In this document: in pieces, positions 10,401 to 19,989 of the stretch
Position numbering within the stretch: position 1 is the first letter of the stretch
How the letters are laid out: every line of letters starts with the position of its first letter
UHGV virus genome: UHGV-0039337
From: a virus
Strand: one strand, 5' to 3'
Length of the DNA stretch: 64,000 nt
Program-made: the position numbers and the translations under genes
Notes under the pieces: generated by a model
Seen by the model: the letters and a program-made list of their open reading frames with translations, nothing else
Told to the model about the DNA's origin: nothing
The model's database searches: none

Positions 10401-11780
10401 ATAGATTTCTCATTGTATGAGCATAAATTAAAAGATATACAAACTTCTGTGCTAAAGAGAAGTAAAAATATTACTTATTATGCAGTAGCTACTGATGTTC
10501 TTGGTTTCACTTCGCTTGATAAATTTGAAGGTATTACTTTAGAATATGTGCCTTATTTAATTCCTAACGAAGATGGTACTTATAATTTATATGATGTTAA
10601 TGTAAATGGAACTATATATGATTTTAATAAAGATAATCATTACATGGGTCCTGTACAAAAAGGATGTCACTATTTTAATGAAGAGCCTCCTGCAACAACT
10701 CCTGTAGAAGTTGATCCTAATATTATAGGATATGAAAGTGCAGCTATTAAGTGGCCTCATGTTATTGATCCTGATGGAGATGAGGTTAAATATGAAATAT
10801 ATGTAGCGAATTCAATAAGCGCATATAACTCAGAAGAAAAAGAATTCTTTAACGATAATCAAGTAGATGATAATGATTATATAAACGGTGAGGAAAATAC
10901 TCATACTCTTGTAAGCACAAAACTTAATTATAATAAAGTCATTGATATACCAGCAAGTGTTGCAGCTGAATACTCACAAAAATTTGAAGTATCTCTTAAA
11001 GAATATATGGATGATAGTAGTGTTAATATATGGATAGTTAGTAAAGACCCTTATGTTAATAGTTACTATAGAGCTGGTGAAATAATAAATATTCCAAAGG
11101 GACATGAAGCTAAAGCAATTAATATAGCTTATCCTCGTAATGGTTCTATTGTTTATGCTAAACGACCTAGAATACTTATATATTTAGGTGAAGATAATCT
11201 TCAACAAACTACCTACGTTCAATGGAAAGAACATATATATAATAACAGAGATCATACAGAATTATTTAGTAGTCCTCCTAATATTAAAAACGTTACGGTA
11301 TTTAAACCACCTGAAGTATATACTGGTGTAAGTGGAGGTAAAGTAACTTTCTCTGTATGGACTCATAATAAGTGTACATACGGTCCTAAGACATATATAA
11401 CTTATACTTATAAAAACTTTTTTGATTCTTTTAGTGACGAGAAATTAATACCTATTAAATCTAGTCATGTTAATGCATTTAGGGAAGCTATAAATACTAC
11501 TCGTGATGCTTATGGATTAGATATATCTAAATTCTCTCGTAAGATAGAAAAGAATATGATATTAGAAAACTTTGACTTTAATGAAACTAAGCAAGCAATA
11601 ATAGATGTTAATGATAAAATAAATGATGCTGATAGTAGTGAAGGGTTAGATTATAATAATCCATTAATAGTAGATCTTAAAGATTTAGACTTAGTAGAAT
11701 ATAAAGGTTCAATCGCTGCAGGTTCGTATGAAGAATTCTTAGAATGGGCACGTTTGTTATATGTATTAGAAAATTTATAG
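7425..11780 (+). CDS. Large structural protein (1451 aa) of the same modular family: PDPEPEPKPP linker, VKFG...WEWVKVVTD module, LNG modules, and DPDGD loops.
   Basis: TTG start with a GGAGGTGA RBS at 7413-7420. Motifs VVEKLNGNIIQTI, GSHYYNDEPLDP, CHYFNEEPP, DPDGDKCIY and DPDGDEVKY. Confidence 0.6.
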   Translation: MHTTKYDIINSIDADLGMLGSDGTHLWNSNSSTIHIGNMVSYTSCTLIALFKGLDSDRLLGGHAALTVSIDGGYGSFIHSFIIDQSDINNGQKYVQCGVSPTSSVYGKESSYNLSVGITVVDKNDIVVCDSTRSLNFSVFFTVPTYPDPEPEPKPPAREKPKYDVKFGTLYINSKSMQHNNFSNECTRDEGTMTFKDTVKGKEWEWVKVVTDKKIIYVSTVFARRNVSIDEIAQANDTIVTIDKNKYKLKTLIEYNQLCYIINDMIANEKIDLEYDADTSKYDIPLKNIETNNNSSINEYTVCSVNNHYPYIHYNHTIKGKDKNYDTVILPILEPIKDEEEPPKGIDLGVQNAAFGVRYLAKDPDKEQTLTVVEKLNGNIIQTINNFDRSQPGMVKITNELLRPLLIGSINYIEIDVSDGFVTVKQILTFTKGNTPPVVTCYCSDELGELEERPVIEYSVNDVDGDAVTVVEEINDIQTRSFTATLNEKYTAEIPKEFWEKCEYNKNTLKITAIDAREAKDVKEINFTKAKLRTAYTVFYAVDGDLRREKLFISIDGKEEMRKYTFTDTTYDTGINFDLKDISEGVEIKAWMVAHNNYATEKYKSSNILTFKKSLYGKPNPKVVLTQNHSEYGYLKLTYDHDDLEFKDNKWISKDPDREPNEFIGNVEIHCYIDGKYEKQYPIENNIIHGGESITYKINFNEISPGSRSHKIQYLVIITDIESNKKNIDIEPGMFNVDNPVLGLQAIEGSHYYNDEPLDPNVSYSNNKYSNNVLEYEFSHIDFIWDGGKDPDGDKCIYNVYIKTPESLNETLKTVSISSRTGPHAIQYNRKYRITEIYNENNEVIGSNVERYDDNNTYKHIQTNKYVGIHIDYLKDSLDKFWPENENYTIYVEARDVRTWDNSYYGFGGEAGKGIEYHRRKHAYPNDVQLTIIPNLVDGLGDGEKGRIIVLYDHSEITDKSGIVDIYAYQDNQLICKVYSGEFYPKKEQTITIDFSLYEHKLKDIQTSVLKRSKNITYYAVATDVLGFTSLDKFEGITLEYVPYLIPNEDGTYNLYDVNVNGTIYDFNKDNHYMGPVQKGCHYFNEEPPATTPVEVDPNIIGYESAAIKWPHVIDPDGDEVKYEIYVANSISAYNSEEKEFFNDNQVDDNDYINGEENTHTLVSTKLNYNKVIDIPASVAAEYSQKFEVSLKEYMDDSSVNIWIVSKDPYVNSYYRAGEIINIPKGHEAKAINIAYPRNGSIVYAKRPRILIYLGEDNLQQTTYVQWKEHIYNNRDHTELFSSPPNIKNVTVFKPPEVYTGVSGGKVTFSVWTHNKCTYGPKTYITYTYKNFFDSFSDEKLIPIKSSHVNAFREAINTTRDAYGLDISKFSRKIEKNMILENFDFNETKQAIIDVNDKINDADSSEGLDYNNPLIVDLKDLDLVEYKGSIAAGSYEEFLEWARLLYVLENL

Positions 11781-11810
11781 GGCGATTTATTAATCGTCCT
11801 TTTCTTTTAC
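11781..11810 (+). terminator. Possible rho-independent terminator (GGCGAT-ttatta-ATCGTC followed by cttttcttttac).
   Basis: 6-bp stem with one G-U pair, followed by a T-rich tract. Confidence 0.4.
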
Positions 11811-11851
11811 GTAATAATCTAATAGATGTAATTAAGAGAGGTGAAAAATAG

Positions 11852-14800
11852 TTGGCTGATAGAAGATTTACCCTTGGTCGTCAAGGTGAACAATTAATGA
11901 ACGATAGGCTATTTAATGCATACAATAGAATAAAATATATAGGTAATGGTCTCGATGTTCCAAAACAAGAATATCAAACTCCTATACTAGATTATTCATT
12001 ATGGATAAATAGAGCTACTGGTAGTGATATACTTAACGTATATAATCAGTCTAATAAATCATGGAAAACCGCGTTCGAAGGATATTATCATCCTATTAAT
12101 TTAAAAGAACAACCATTATATCCAGTTGAAGGTCAAATTTTTATTGATGGCAACGGTGTGTTACGTTACTATGAAGATAAACAGTGGAAAGTTGTAGGTG
12201 CGGCTTCTGCTGAAGATCTTAATAATGCGTTAATGGGTATAGATAACTTTTTAATTATTCCCGATATGGCACCATTAACTGGCACTACAAGAGATTATGT
12301 AGTACCTAATGCAAAAGTAGGTAAATTATTTGATAATAAAAAGTTTATACCAAAAGATAAATATTATGATAAGAATATTAGAATAGTGTATCCTAAAGCT
12401 GATGGTTCAGTTCCAGAAGAAAAAGTAAGCTGGATACATGTTAATCCTGCTTTCTTATATGGCTCACGTAAAAGACTAATAAAAGTAACTAAATCTATTA
12501 AAGACAATAGTTATTTTGTTAGCACTCCTACTACTAATACAGAATTTTATGGTTTTATGCTTGGAAATCCTGTTGGGACTTTATTACGTTATATACAAGA
12601 TTATAGTAATGATGAAAATATAAGTTCAGAATCAACTGATACAATAAGTGATTATCGTATAGTTAATGGCGGAATACAATTAATTAATGGAGGACGAGAA
12701 TACGATTTTATTTATGCTATAACATATAAGTTTGATTCAATTGATAGCTCTGTTGGAAGCGTATTAACTGGTTCTTCTACTATAGGAGATAATAATCAAG
12801 TATATGTAGGTCAAATAAGTGGATTCCCTTTAGTATTTTTGAATGGTATGTATTACGAACAAGATAAATATACATATGATAGCAGAGAAGGCACATTAAC
12901 TTTTGAAGATACTAATATAACTAATGAAATGGATTTAACAGTAGCTGCATTTGCTGATGTTGTACGTTATACAACGACTGAATATCCTAATACTGAGAGA
13001 CAACAAAGACCTCCATTTGAATTGACTATTACCAATAAAAATATTGATAGTGATGGAATTATTACTGTTCAACACGAATATTTAAAACAGGCTAAAGATT
13101 TCAAACATCCTATAGCTTTTGTTCAAGGTGTTGCTGCTTTATATGATACTGAATACGGCATAACAGATGAAATAGAGTTAGATGCTGATAAGGGACAAAT
13201 AAAAATATTTAATTTTGGTCCAATTGACTCTACTGATGAAGTAAAAATATTAGTAGCAGATATTGGTGATGCAAAATTATCTAGTGGTTATACAACTACT
13301 AATAGGATAGTTGATAGCCGTATAACTCATGACGATAAATACTTAGTATTTATAAATGGTATATGTACATCTCCTAGCGATCATGAAGTTTATAATGGAT
13401 ATATAGAAATTGATGATCTATTAGAAAATACACAATATGTACTTATGTCGTTAAGTAAAGGTAATGCAGGTATAGATTTGTTATTTGATTCTTCCATTGC
13501 TTATTTTACGTTTCAAATAAATGATCATAATAAAGCTTCTGTATATAATAATTGCGATATGGTAACATCTTATATAACTAGCGAAGACGGTAGTGTTAAT
13601 GGATTACTATTGGATAGAACATTTATTGAGAAAAAATCAATCGGAGAAGAAACATATAGTACAGGTGAAATATTAAGAGTAAGAGATACTGCTAATGAAG
13701 ATGCATCTACTTATATATATAAAATATTTAACGTTAACGGTGATTATCAGTGGACTCCATATGAAAAAGAGTACGGAAATGAAGAAATGCTCAAGTTAGA
13801 TCAAATGTTGACTCAAATGAATGGTTTAGGTTCTATAAGTATTATAAGTAACGAGACGTTAAAAGGTAAAAATATAACTTATTATGCTTATACTTATGCG
13901 GATGAAACTGATGAACCTATTTTAAAAGGAACTGACATATACAGATTTGCAGTTAAAGATCATATCGCTAATACAAATATACCAGAAATCCAAGACTTTT
14001 ATGTTCGACGCACACATTTTTATGCTCCTACTAATAAAGGAATACTTGGCACATATGTTAATGGAATTCAAATGCAAAGTTATGATGATGAGCAAATCGA
14101 ATGTAAATATCATATCCCTACTCATAGCAATATAGACTTTAAAAAGACTTGGGGCAATAAATGTGACTTATATAATTTATTAAAAACTGTAAATGATAAC
14201 ACTACTCTTGAGCAATTAAAACAAATGAAAGATAATGAATTTAGTGAAGAATTAAGAGATTACTCTATTACAGATAATTTATTGTCTCGATTTAAATCTT
14301 TGCATAATGTAATAATTGAAATGGAAACAAATAATAAATTGAATTATTACGTAGAAAGGATAGAACAAGGAGAGACTTACAGTGCTAATAGAGATTGGTG
14401 TACATTTGCTAATAGATATATAGCATTTAACAATACTTATACTTCTAATACATATATAGGACCAGGTAATGTAGATATATATTTAAATGGAGTAATGCTT
14501 GATAGATCAAGTTATTCTATATTTGATTCATGCAACGTTATATTAAATGATTTATCTGTTGCAGGTGGCTCTGATGAGTTTGATTTTGATGATCCAAAAA
14601 CCCATCGTTTAATAAAATATTACATTAAAGACTATAATCCTGACTCTGAAAAAACAACAGGAGAAGTTAAACGTTTTTACTGCGAAACTCCAGATGAAGT
14701 ATTAATCGAATATCGTCCTGATACTTCTTTAAGAAAAACATCTTACGAAATAAAAGAAGTAACATACGATACTGGTGTACTTTTATATGATGATTATGAG

Positions 14801-15034
14801 TTTCCTAATAGTCTATTAAATAGCAAAGACGAAATTAAAATATGGATAGACGGTATACTATACACAGGTGGATATGAAATTAAAAATAAAAATATCGTAT
14901 TAAAAAATAGTCCATTACAATTAGATCCAATTAAAATGTATTTTGATATGCATCCTGATACATATAATGAATGGAAAAAAGATAATGGAGAATATGTTTA
15001 TAGAAGAAGTAGAATTATATTTGAATGGAGGTAA
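11852..15034 (+). CDS. Large virion structural protein (1060 aa), function unknown.
   Basis: TTG start after a GAGGTGAAAAATAG spacer. Same strand and tight packing as the neighbours. Confidence 0.55.
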   Translation: MADRRFTLGRQGEQLMNDRLFNAYNRIKYIGNGLDVPKQEYQTPILDYSLWINRATGSDILNVYNQSNKSWKTAFEGYYHPINLKEQPLYPVEGQIFIDGNGVLRYYEDKQWKVVGAASAEDLNNALMGIDNFLIIPDMAPLTGTTRDYVVPNAKVGKLFDNKKFIPKDKYYDKNIRIVYPKADGSVPEEKVSWIHVNPAFLYGSRKRLIKVTKSIKDNSYFVSTPTTNTEFYGFMLGNPVGTLLRYIQDYSNDENISSESTDTISDYRIVNGGIQLINGGREYDFIYAITYKFDSIDSSVGSVLTGSSTIGDNNQVYVGQISGFPLVFLNGMYYEQDKYTYDSREGTLTFEDTNITNEMDLTVAAFADVVRYTTTEYPNTERQQRPPFELTITNKNIDSDGIITVQHEYLKQAKDFKHPIAFVQGVAALYDTEYGITDEIELDADKGQIKIFNFGPIDSTDEVKILVADIGDAKLSSGYTTTNRIVDSRITHDDKYLVFINGICTSPSDHEVYNGYIEIDDLLENTQYVLMSLSKGNAGIDLLFDSSIAYFTFQINDHNKASVYNNCDMVTSYITSEDGSVNGLLLDRTFIEKKSIGEETYSTGEILRVRDTANEDASTYIYKIFNVNGDYQWTPYEKEYGNEEMLKLDQMLTQMNGLGSISIISNETLKGKNITYYAYTYADETDEPILKGTDIYRFAVKDHIANTNIPEIQDFYVRRTHFYAPTNKGILGTYVNGIQMQSYDDEQIECKYHIPTHSNIDFKKTWGNKCDLYNLLKTVNDNTTLEQLKQMKDNEFSEELRDYSITDNLLSRFKSLHNVIIEMETNNKLNYYVERIEQGETYSANRDWCTFANRYIAFNNTYTSNTYIGPGNVDIYLNGVMLDRSSYSIFDSCNVILNDLSVAGGSDEFDFDDPKTHRLIKYYIKDYNPDSEKTTGEVKRFYCETPDEVLIEYRPDTSLRKTSYEIKEVTYDTGVLLYDDYEFPNSLLNSKDEIKIWIDGILYTGGYEIKNKNIVLKNSPLQLDPIKMYFDMHPDTYNEWKKDNGEYVYRRSRIIFEWR

Positions 15035-15039
15035 AATAA

Positions 15040-16929
15040 TTGGCTAGTAAATCATTAATTAGTTTAGCTAATATACCAGTAGAAGATATTTATAATTATC
15101 TTACTATTGTTAAAGGTGTTAGTGTACGAAATGAAAATGCTGTTGATACTGATCGTGTAGATGGGATAGAAGCTAGTAAAATTGCTAAAGCTGCGACTGA
15201 TGAAAATGGAAACTTAGTATCTAACAGAGATACTGTACAAAATGCTTTACAATTAGGAGGCATTGATGCTGCACAATATTTACAACGTGATGAATCTACT
15301 ACATTATTAGGAGATACTTATCAAGTATCAACAATATTATCTAATGAACTAAAAGAATTAAGAGATGAAATATATCAATTAAAAGCTGAGTTAGCTAAGC
15401 AAGGCTATGTTCAACAATCTAAAGTATATGATGGATTTTATGATGCATTTAAAGATGGAGAAATAAGATATACAAATGAACAAGTAACTACAGTAGTAGG
15501 AGAACATCATACTTTTGACACTACTATTACTGTTGCTAACACATCTGATTTAACTGTTGGAGAATATATAGCTATTAGAGATACAGAGGGAAACATGTAT
15601 GCTAGTAGAATAGAAGAAATCAGCAATAATCAAATAACTATCAATAAAGCATTTGGTGTTACAGTATTAAACGATACTGGCGTATTCAAATATGCTGGTT
15701 CTTATTACAATGGTGAATATATATTTGGAAAGAATACAGGTTCATATATATCAACAGATATTACAAAAGCAATTATGAAAGATGGTAAAGATAGAACTAT
15801 AATACAAGTATTAGGTGATACTACTAAAGGTTTTGCCACTAAATTATCTAATTATTATAGTACTTATAGCACTCTTATAAGAAAGGTTGAATTTTCATTA
15901 GCTTATACTGGTAATCCAGGGGCTATAAGAGCTAGTATATGGAAAATGGATATAGATTCTTCCAAACAGAATCCTACATGTGAATTACTAGGCACATCTG
16001 AAAGCGTATATCCTTCTAGTTGTTCTAATACGTTAAGCGAGGTAGAATTTATGTTTACCGAACCTATTAGAATATCAGAAGGTACTACTTATTTAATAGC
16101 TTTATATGCAGGTGGTGTTGATAGTACTAATACGTGGAAAATAGGAGGATATGCAGACGCATATGATGGTATAAGCAGTGACTTATGGTATGTAGACGAT
16201 ACATATTATTTTGACAATAATAGTTTTAGTATAATACCTGGAGCAACAGATGCTTATTTAGCTTTACATATAAGTGAAGAATTAAATGTAAATATACGTT
16301 ATAACGATACAGGATTATATACTTGTGAAGAAACTATACAAGGTGGATTTACTAGAGCCAGAGTAGAACTAAGAGTAAATAGAGAAGGTATTTTTAATGT
16401 TGCTGACAGTGCTACTATTGCTACAATGTCTGGGAATGAATTAAAAATAACAGGAGAAGATACAAATCCTTTTAAAAAAGAAGATAAAGTAGTAGTAGGT
16501 AATATGATATCAACATTAACTGGCGAATGCACTAAAGATAGAATATATATGACTGATAATATATATAGTCCTGTAGGCGCAGATGTATATAGAATAGGCT
16601 ATACTGTTATAGCTAAATGTAAACGTAAGGTAAAAGATGTACCTTTAGAATATGATGCTCCTGTTATAGTTGAACTTCCATTAACATCTGTTATGTATGG
16701 TAAAGAACCTAATAAAGAAGCTTGTAGCACTGATAGATTAATATTTGAAGCAGAAATTGCTCCTGATGAATCAAACAGAACACTTAATACTTTTGATCAT
16801 ATAGAGGTACAAGTATTTTGGAATAGTTCATTAGAAAACGGAAGCATAAACGATAAAAAACAATTTGCAGGTAAAATCTTAGACTTATCAGTAGTTACTG
16901 ATAAATCATATAATAAAGCTAATAAATAG
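15040..16929 (+). CDS. Tail-fibre-like protein (629 aa) with an N-terminal coiled-coil segment.
   Basis: TTG start with a GGAGGTAAAATAA RBS. Coiled-coil segment ELKELRDEIYQLKAELAKQG and Asn/Thr-rich beta-type composition. Confidence 0.55.
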   Translation: MASKSLISLANIPVEDIYNYLTIVKGVSVRNENAVDTDRVDGIEASKIAKAATDENGNLVSNRDTVQNALQLGGIDAAQYLQRDESTTLLGDTYQVSTILSNELKELRDEIYQLKAELAKQGYVQQSKVYDGFYDAFKDGEIRYTNEQVTTVVGEHHTFDTTITVANTSDLTVGEYIAIRDTEGNMYASRIEEISNNQITINKAFGVTVLNDTGVFKYAGSYYNGEYIFGKNTGSYISTDITKAIMKDGKDRTIIQVLGDTTKGFATKLSNYYSTYSTLIRKVEFSLAYTGNPGAIRASIWKMDIDSSKQNPTCELLGTSESVYPSSCSNTLSEVEFMFTEPIRISEGTTYLIALYAGGVDSTNTWKIGGYADAYDGISSDLWYVDDTYYFDNNSFSIIPGATDAYLALHISEELNVNIRYNDTGLYTCEETIQGGFTRARVELRVNREGIFNVADSATIATMSGNELKITGEDTNPFKKEDKVVVGNMISTLTGECTKDRIYMTDNIYSPVGADVYRIGYTVIAKCKRKVKDVPLEYDAPVIVELPLTSVMYGKEPNKEACSTDRLIFEAEIAPDESNRTLNTFDHIEVQVFWNSSLENGSINDKKQFAGKILDLSVVTDKSYNKANK

Positions 16930-16945
16930 GAGGTGAGTAGCGTAT

Positions 16946-18424
16946 ATGAAAGGTATAAAAAAGTTAGATGAAAACGTTGTAGCTCCTAGTCGTTCGTTAA
17001 CGATTACAAATCCAAACTTAATAGATAATTCTAATTGGCAAATAGGTACTTTAAAATGTAATCCTAATTTAGCTGGATTATCTTATAAATCAAATACTGA
17101 TGGAGCTTTTTCTTTATTTGATGCTACTTACATTTTAGCTCCTAATACAGTAACTACGCAAATAATAAAAGATGGTACTATACAAACTATAGACTTATCT
17201 GATAAATGTATTATTAATAACAAAATAGCTGATAGAACTATCGATCATATAAAGTTAAAGGTTCATACTTTAACTGATGAAGAAATGGGTACTCAAAGTA
17301 TAACTACTCGTGCATTAAAAAATAAAAATATTACTGATGAAAAAATAGCTGATGCAACTATAACTAATAGACCATTATCTGACAGATGTATTCAATATAG
17401 AAATATGTGTGAAAATAGTGTTGGAACTATGCATGTAAGAGACAACACAGTTACAGAAAATAAAATAAGTAATGGTGCAGTTAGTACTAATAAATTAAAA
17501 GATTCTTCAGTTACTTACAAAAAAATAGTACCTTACACTATAATAGGTGGAGAAATGACAGAGTTAATAGAAAACGGTCAGCGTACTATGGCACAAGGTA
17601 ATATAGCGCAAGGAACTATTACTAGTTATAATATAGCTAACAACACAATTACTGGACAAAATATAATGGAAGGTGCTATCACTAATAAATGTATAGGTGA
17701 TTATGAAATATATGGAGAAAAAATTAAACCTAAATCAATATTATATACGCATATAGCTGACAATACAATTACTGGTAACCAAATAGCAGAGAATACCATT
17801 ATTACTAATAATTATAAAGATAAATCTATTACTATGAATAAATTAAGCGATGATGTATTTAGCAAAGTGAATAATGCTGTAACTTATGATAGTAAAGGAA
17901 ATGTTTCCATGTTAATGGAATCAACTACATCTTGTGCTGTTAGTATAGGATCAGAAGATGCAGACGGAAAGAGTATGAGTAATGGTTCTTTAAGAGTGTA
18001 TGGAGACGTAAGAGCTGATAGAGTTTATAATATGGCATACGCAGACTTAGCTGAAGGTTATGTTCCTGGTGAAAAATTAGAACCTGGAGATATAGTAGAA
18101 CTAAGAGAAGATGGCAAAGTATATAAAGCTTATTCAAGCAACATATCTTCTGTAGTGGTAGGAGTTATATCTGATGAATATGCTACATGTTTTGGAGCAA
18201 GCAAAGAAGAATTAATAGATGGCTCTAAAGTTGCAGTAGCTCTTATTGGTAAAGTTCATGTAAAAGTAGAAGGCCCAATAAAAATAGGTGAAGAAGTAAA
18301 AGTAGATACTATACCAGGTATAGGTACTACATGTTCTACTAATAGATTTGTAATAGGTCGATCACTAGAAACAGTTAAAGAAGATGGAATGCATAAGATA
18401 TTATGTTTAGTTAAACCAAGCTAG
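16946..18424 (+). CDS. Tail fibre / receptor-binding protein with repeats of about 20 aa.
   Basis: About 12 repeats of the type 'N-K-I-x-D-x-T-I-x-x-x-x-L' (NKIADRTIDHIKLK, ITDEKIADATITNRPL, TENKISNGAVSTNKLKD, NIAQGTITSYNIANNTITGQNI and others). Confidence 0.6.
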   Translation: MKGIKKLDENVVAPSRSLTITNPNLIDNSNWQIGTLKCNPNLAGLSYKSNTDGAFSLFDATYILAPNTVTTQIIKDGTIQTIDLSDKCIINNKIADRTIDHIKLKVHTLTDEEMGTQSITTRALKNKNITDEKIADATITNRPLSDRCIQYRNMCENSVGTMHVRDNTVTENKISNGAVSTNKLKDSSVTYKKIVPYTIIGGEMTELIENGQRTMAQGNIAQGTITSYNIANNTITGQNIMEGAITNKCIGDYEIYGEKIKPKSILYTHIADNTITGNQIAENTIITNNYKDKSITMNKLSDDVFSKVNNAVTYDSKGNVSMLMESTTSCAVSIGSEDADGKSMSNGSLRVYGDVRADRVYNMAYADLAEGYVPGEKLEPGDIVELREDGKVYKAYSSNISSVVVGVISDEYATCFGASKEELIDGSKVAVALIGKVHVKVEGPIKIGEEVKVDTIPGIGTTCSTNRFVIGRSLETVKEDGMHKILCLVKPS

Positions 18425-18452
18425 GATTAATTTTATTCCTAGCTTTTTCTTG
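18421..18452 (+). terminator. Possible terminator (CTAGGA-ttaattttat-TCCTAG followed by ctttttctt).
   Basis: Inverted repeat spanning the stop codon, then a T-run. Confidence 0.4.
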
Positions 18453-18483
18453 TGTAATATATAAATGTAAGGATGGTGATATT

Positions 18484-19989
18484 TTGGCTATTAATGATTA
18501 TACAAACTTTGATTATAATATAGATCAATTAACTAAACCTATAGACTTGGATATTAAAAAGCAAGGTAATGTATTAGATAGTGATAAATTTAATTCTTCG
18601 TTACTATCTATACAAGAAAATTTAGATGTATTATATGAAAAAACACGTTATTTAGAAGATAGTATAGATTATGCAAGAACATTCTTAGATCAGAAAATAA
18701 CTGCTTTTAATAATAGAGCAACATCTATTATTAAAAGTATAGAAGATATAAAATCTATTAATAAGAATATGTCATACTTAGAATTCTCAGTTCCTTTTCA
18801 AAAGAATACAGTTGATTCTACAGATAGAAATAAAGATTATAAAGTTGAGCCTTGTGACTTAAATGGAGATAATAAAGTTTTAACCCTTTCTGCTCATGCT
18901 AACAAAACATATAAATTATCATCTATTAATAAGACAAGTGTAGCAGTACCTTATGATTCTAATGTAAATGATATTATAAACGGAGAAAAATATAGAGCAA
19001 TATATATAGAAGATAGAATACAGAAAGATGGTATAAATGAAAACTATACATGTTATTTGCCTTATGCCATGGAAGTCAATAATATAGATATAGTACCAGT
19101 AAACTGTACAGTAAATAATATTACTTTAGTATATCCTAATGGAATTACAGAGTTACTTGATAATAAAATTACTGGAATTAACACTAACTCTCGTATGATT
19201 ACTCATTTTACTTTTAATCTAAAATGCACTACTTATGAAACAGTAGAATATGTTTTAGATAAAGAATTAGCTAATGCTGATAATATATGGAATGAATTAA
19301 AAACCTTTGAATATAATTTAAACTTTAATAAAGATACCAAAGTCGAGATTGAAGCATTAATAGAAAGAACTACTACTGACTCAAACGGTAAATCTAGAAC
19401 AAAAAAATATAAGGATGCTCCTGGAGAAACAATTACTGTAGTTAGATACATATATATAATGGGAATAGATACTATAACTGCTAATCTATTAATGTTAAAT
19501 AATAACTGTTATTTCTTATCTGAAAATATTAATACTGGTCACTTTGAACAAAATGATTATTTACAATTAGCTGTGTCTGATAATGTAGGCGAGTTTTCTA
19601 GTATAGAATATTTTATAGTAGATGGAGATATTGAAGTGCCCATATTACCTATGTCAGAAAAATATGTGCATAATGAACGTATATTTCCAGAAACTGATTT
19701 AAGGTTTGACATCGATATAGATTTATATAATTCTATAGACACTAAAATTAAACGTAATGGTATGACTATAAATTCATCATTAGATAATGTTATAGATCAA
19801 TATGATGCAGTATATTCTATATCATATCATCAAGCAGATAATGTATATAATTACACGCCTATTAATGATACTATAAGAATTAAGGCAATAATAAGATATT
19901 ATGGTTCTACTTTAGATACCATACCATATATAGAAACTATTAATATAAGAAAATATGGAGGAAATACATTATGGACACAACTATATTAG
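18484..19989 (+). CDS. Structural protein, unknown function (501 aa).
   Basis: TTG start after a GGATGGTGATATT spacer. Sits in the late block. Confidence 0.5.
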   Translation: MAINDYTNFDYNIDQLTKPIDLDIKKQGNVLDSDKFNSSLLSIQENLDVLYEKTRYLEDSIDYARTFLDQKITAFNNRATSIIKSIEDIKSINKNMSYLEFSVPFQKNTVDSTDRNKDYKVEPCDLNGDNKVLTLSAHANKTYKLSSINKTSVAVPYDSNVNDIINGEKYRAIYIEDRIQKDGINENYTCYLPYAMEVNNIDIVPVNCTVNNITLVYPNGITELLDNKITGINTNSRMITHFTFNLKCTTYETVEYVLDKELANADNIWNELKTFEYNLNFNKDTKVEIEALIERTTTDSNGKSRTKKYKDAPGETITVVRYIYIMGIDTITANLLMLNNNCYFLSENINTGHFEQNDYLQLAVSDNVGEFSSIEYFIVDGDIEVPILPMSEKYVHNERIFPETDLRFDIDIDLYNSIDTKIKRNGMTINSSLDNVIDQYDAVYSISYHQADNVYNYTPINDTIRIKAIIRYYGSTLDTIPYIETINIRKYGGNTLWTQLY

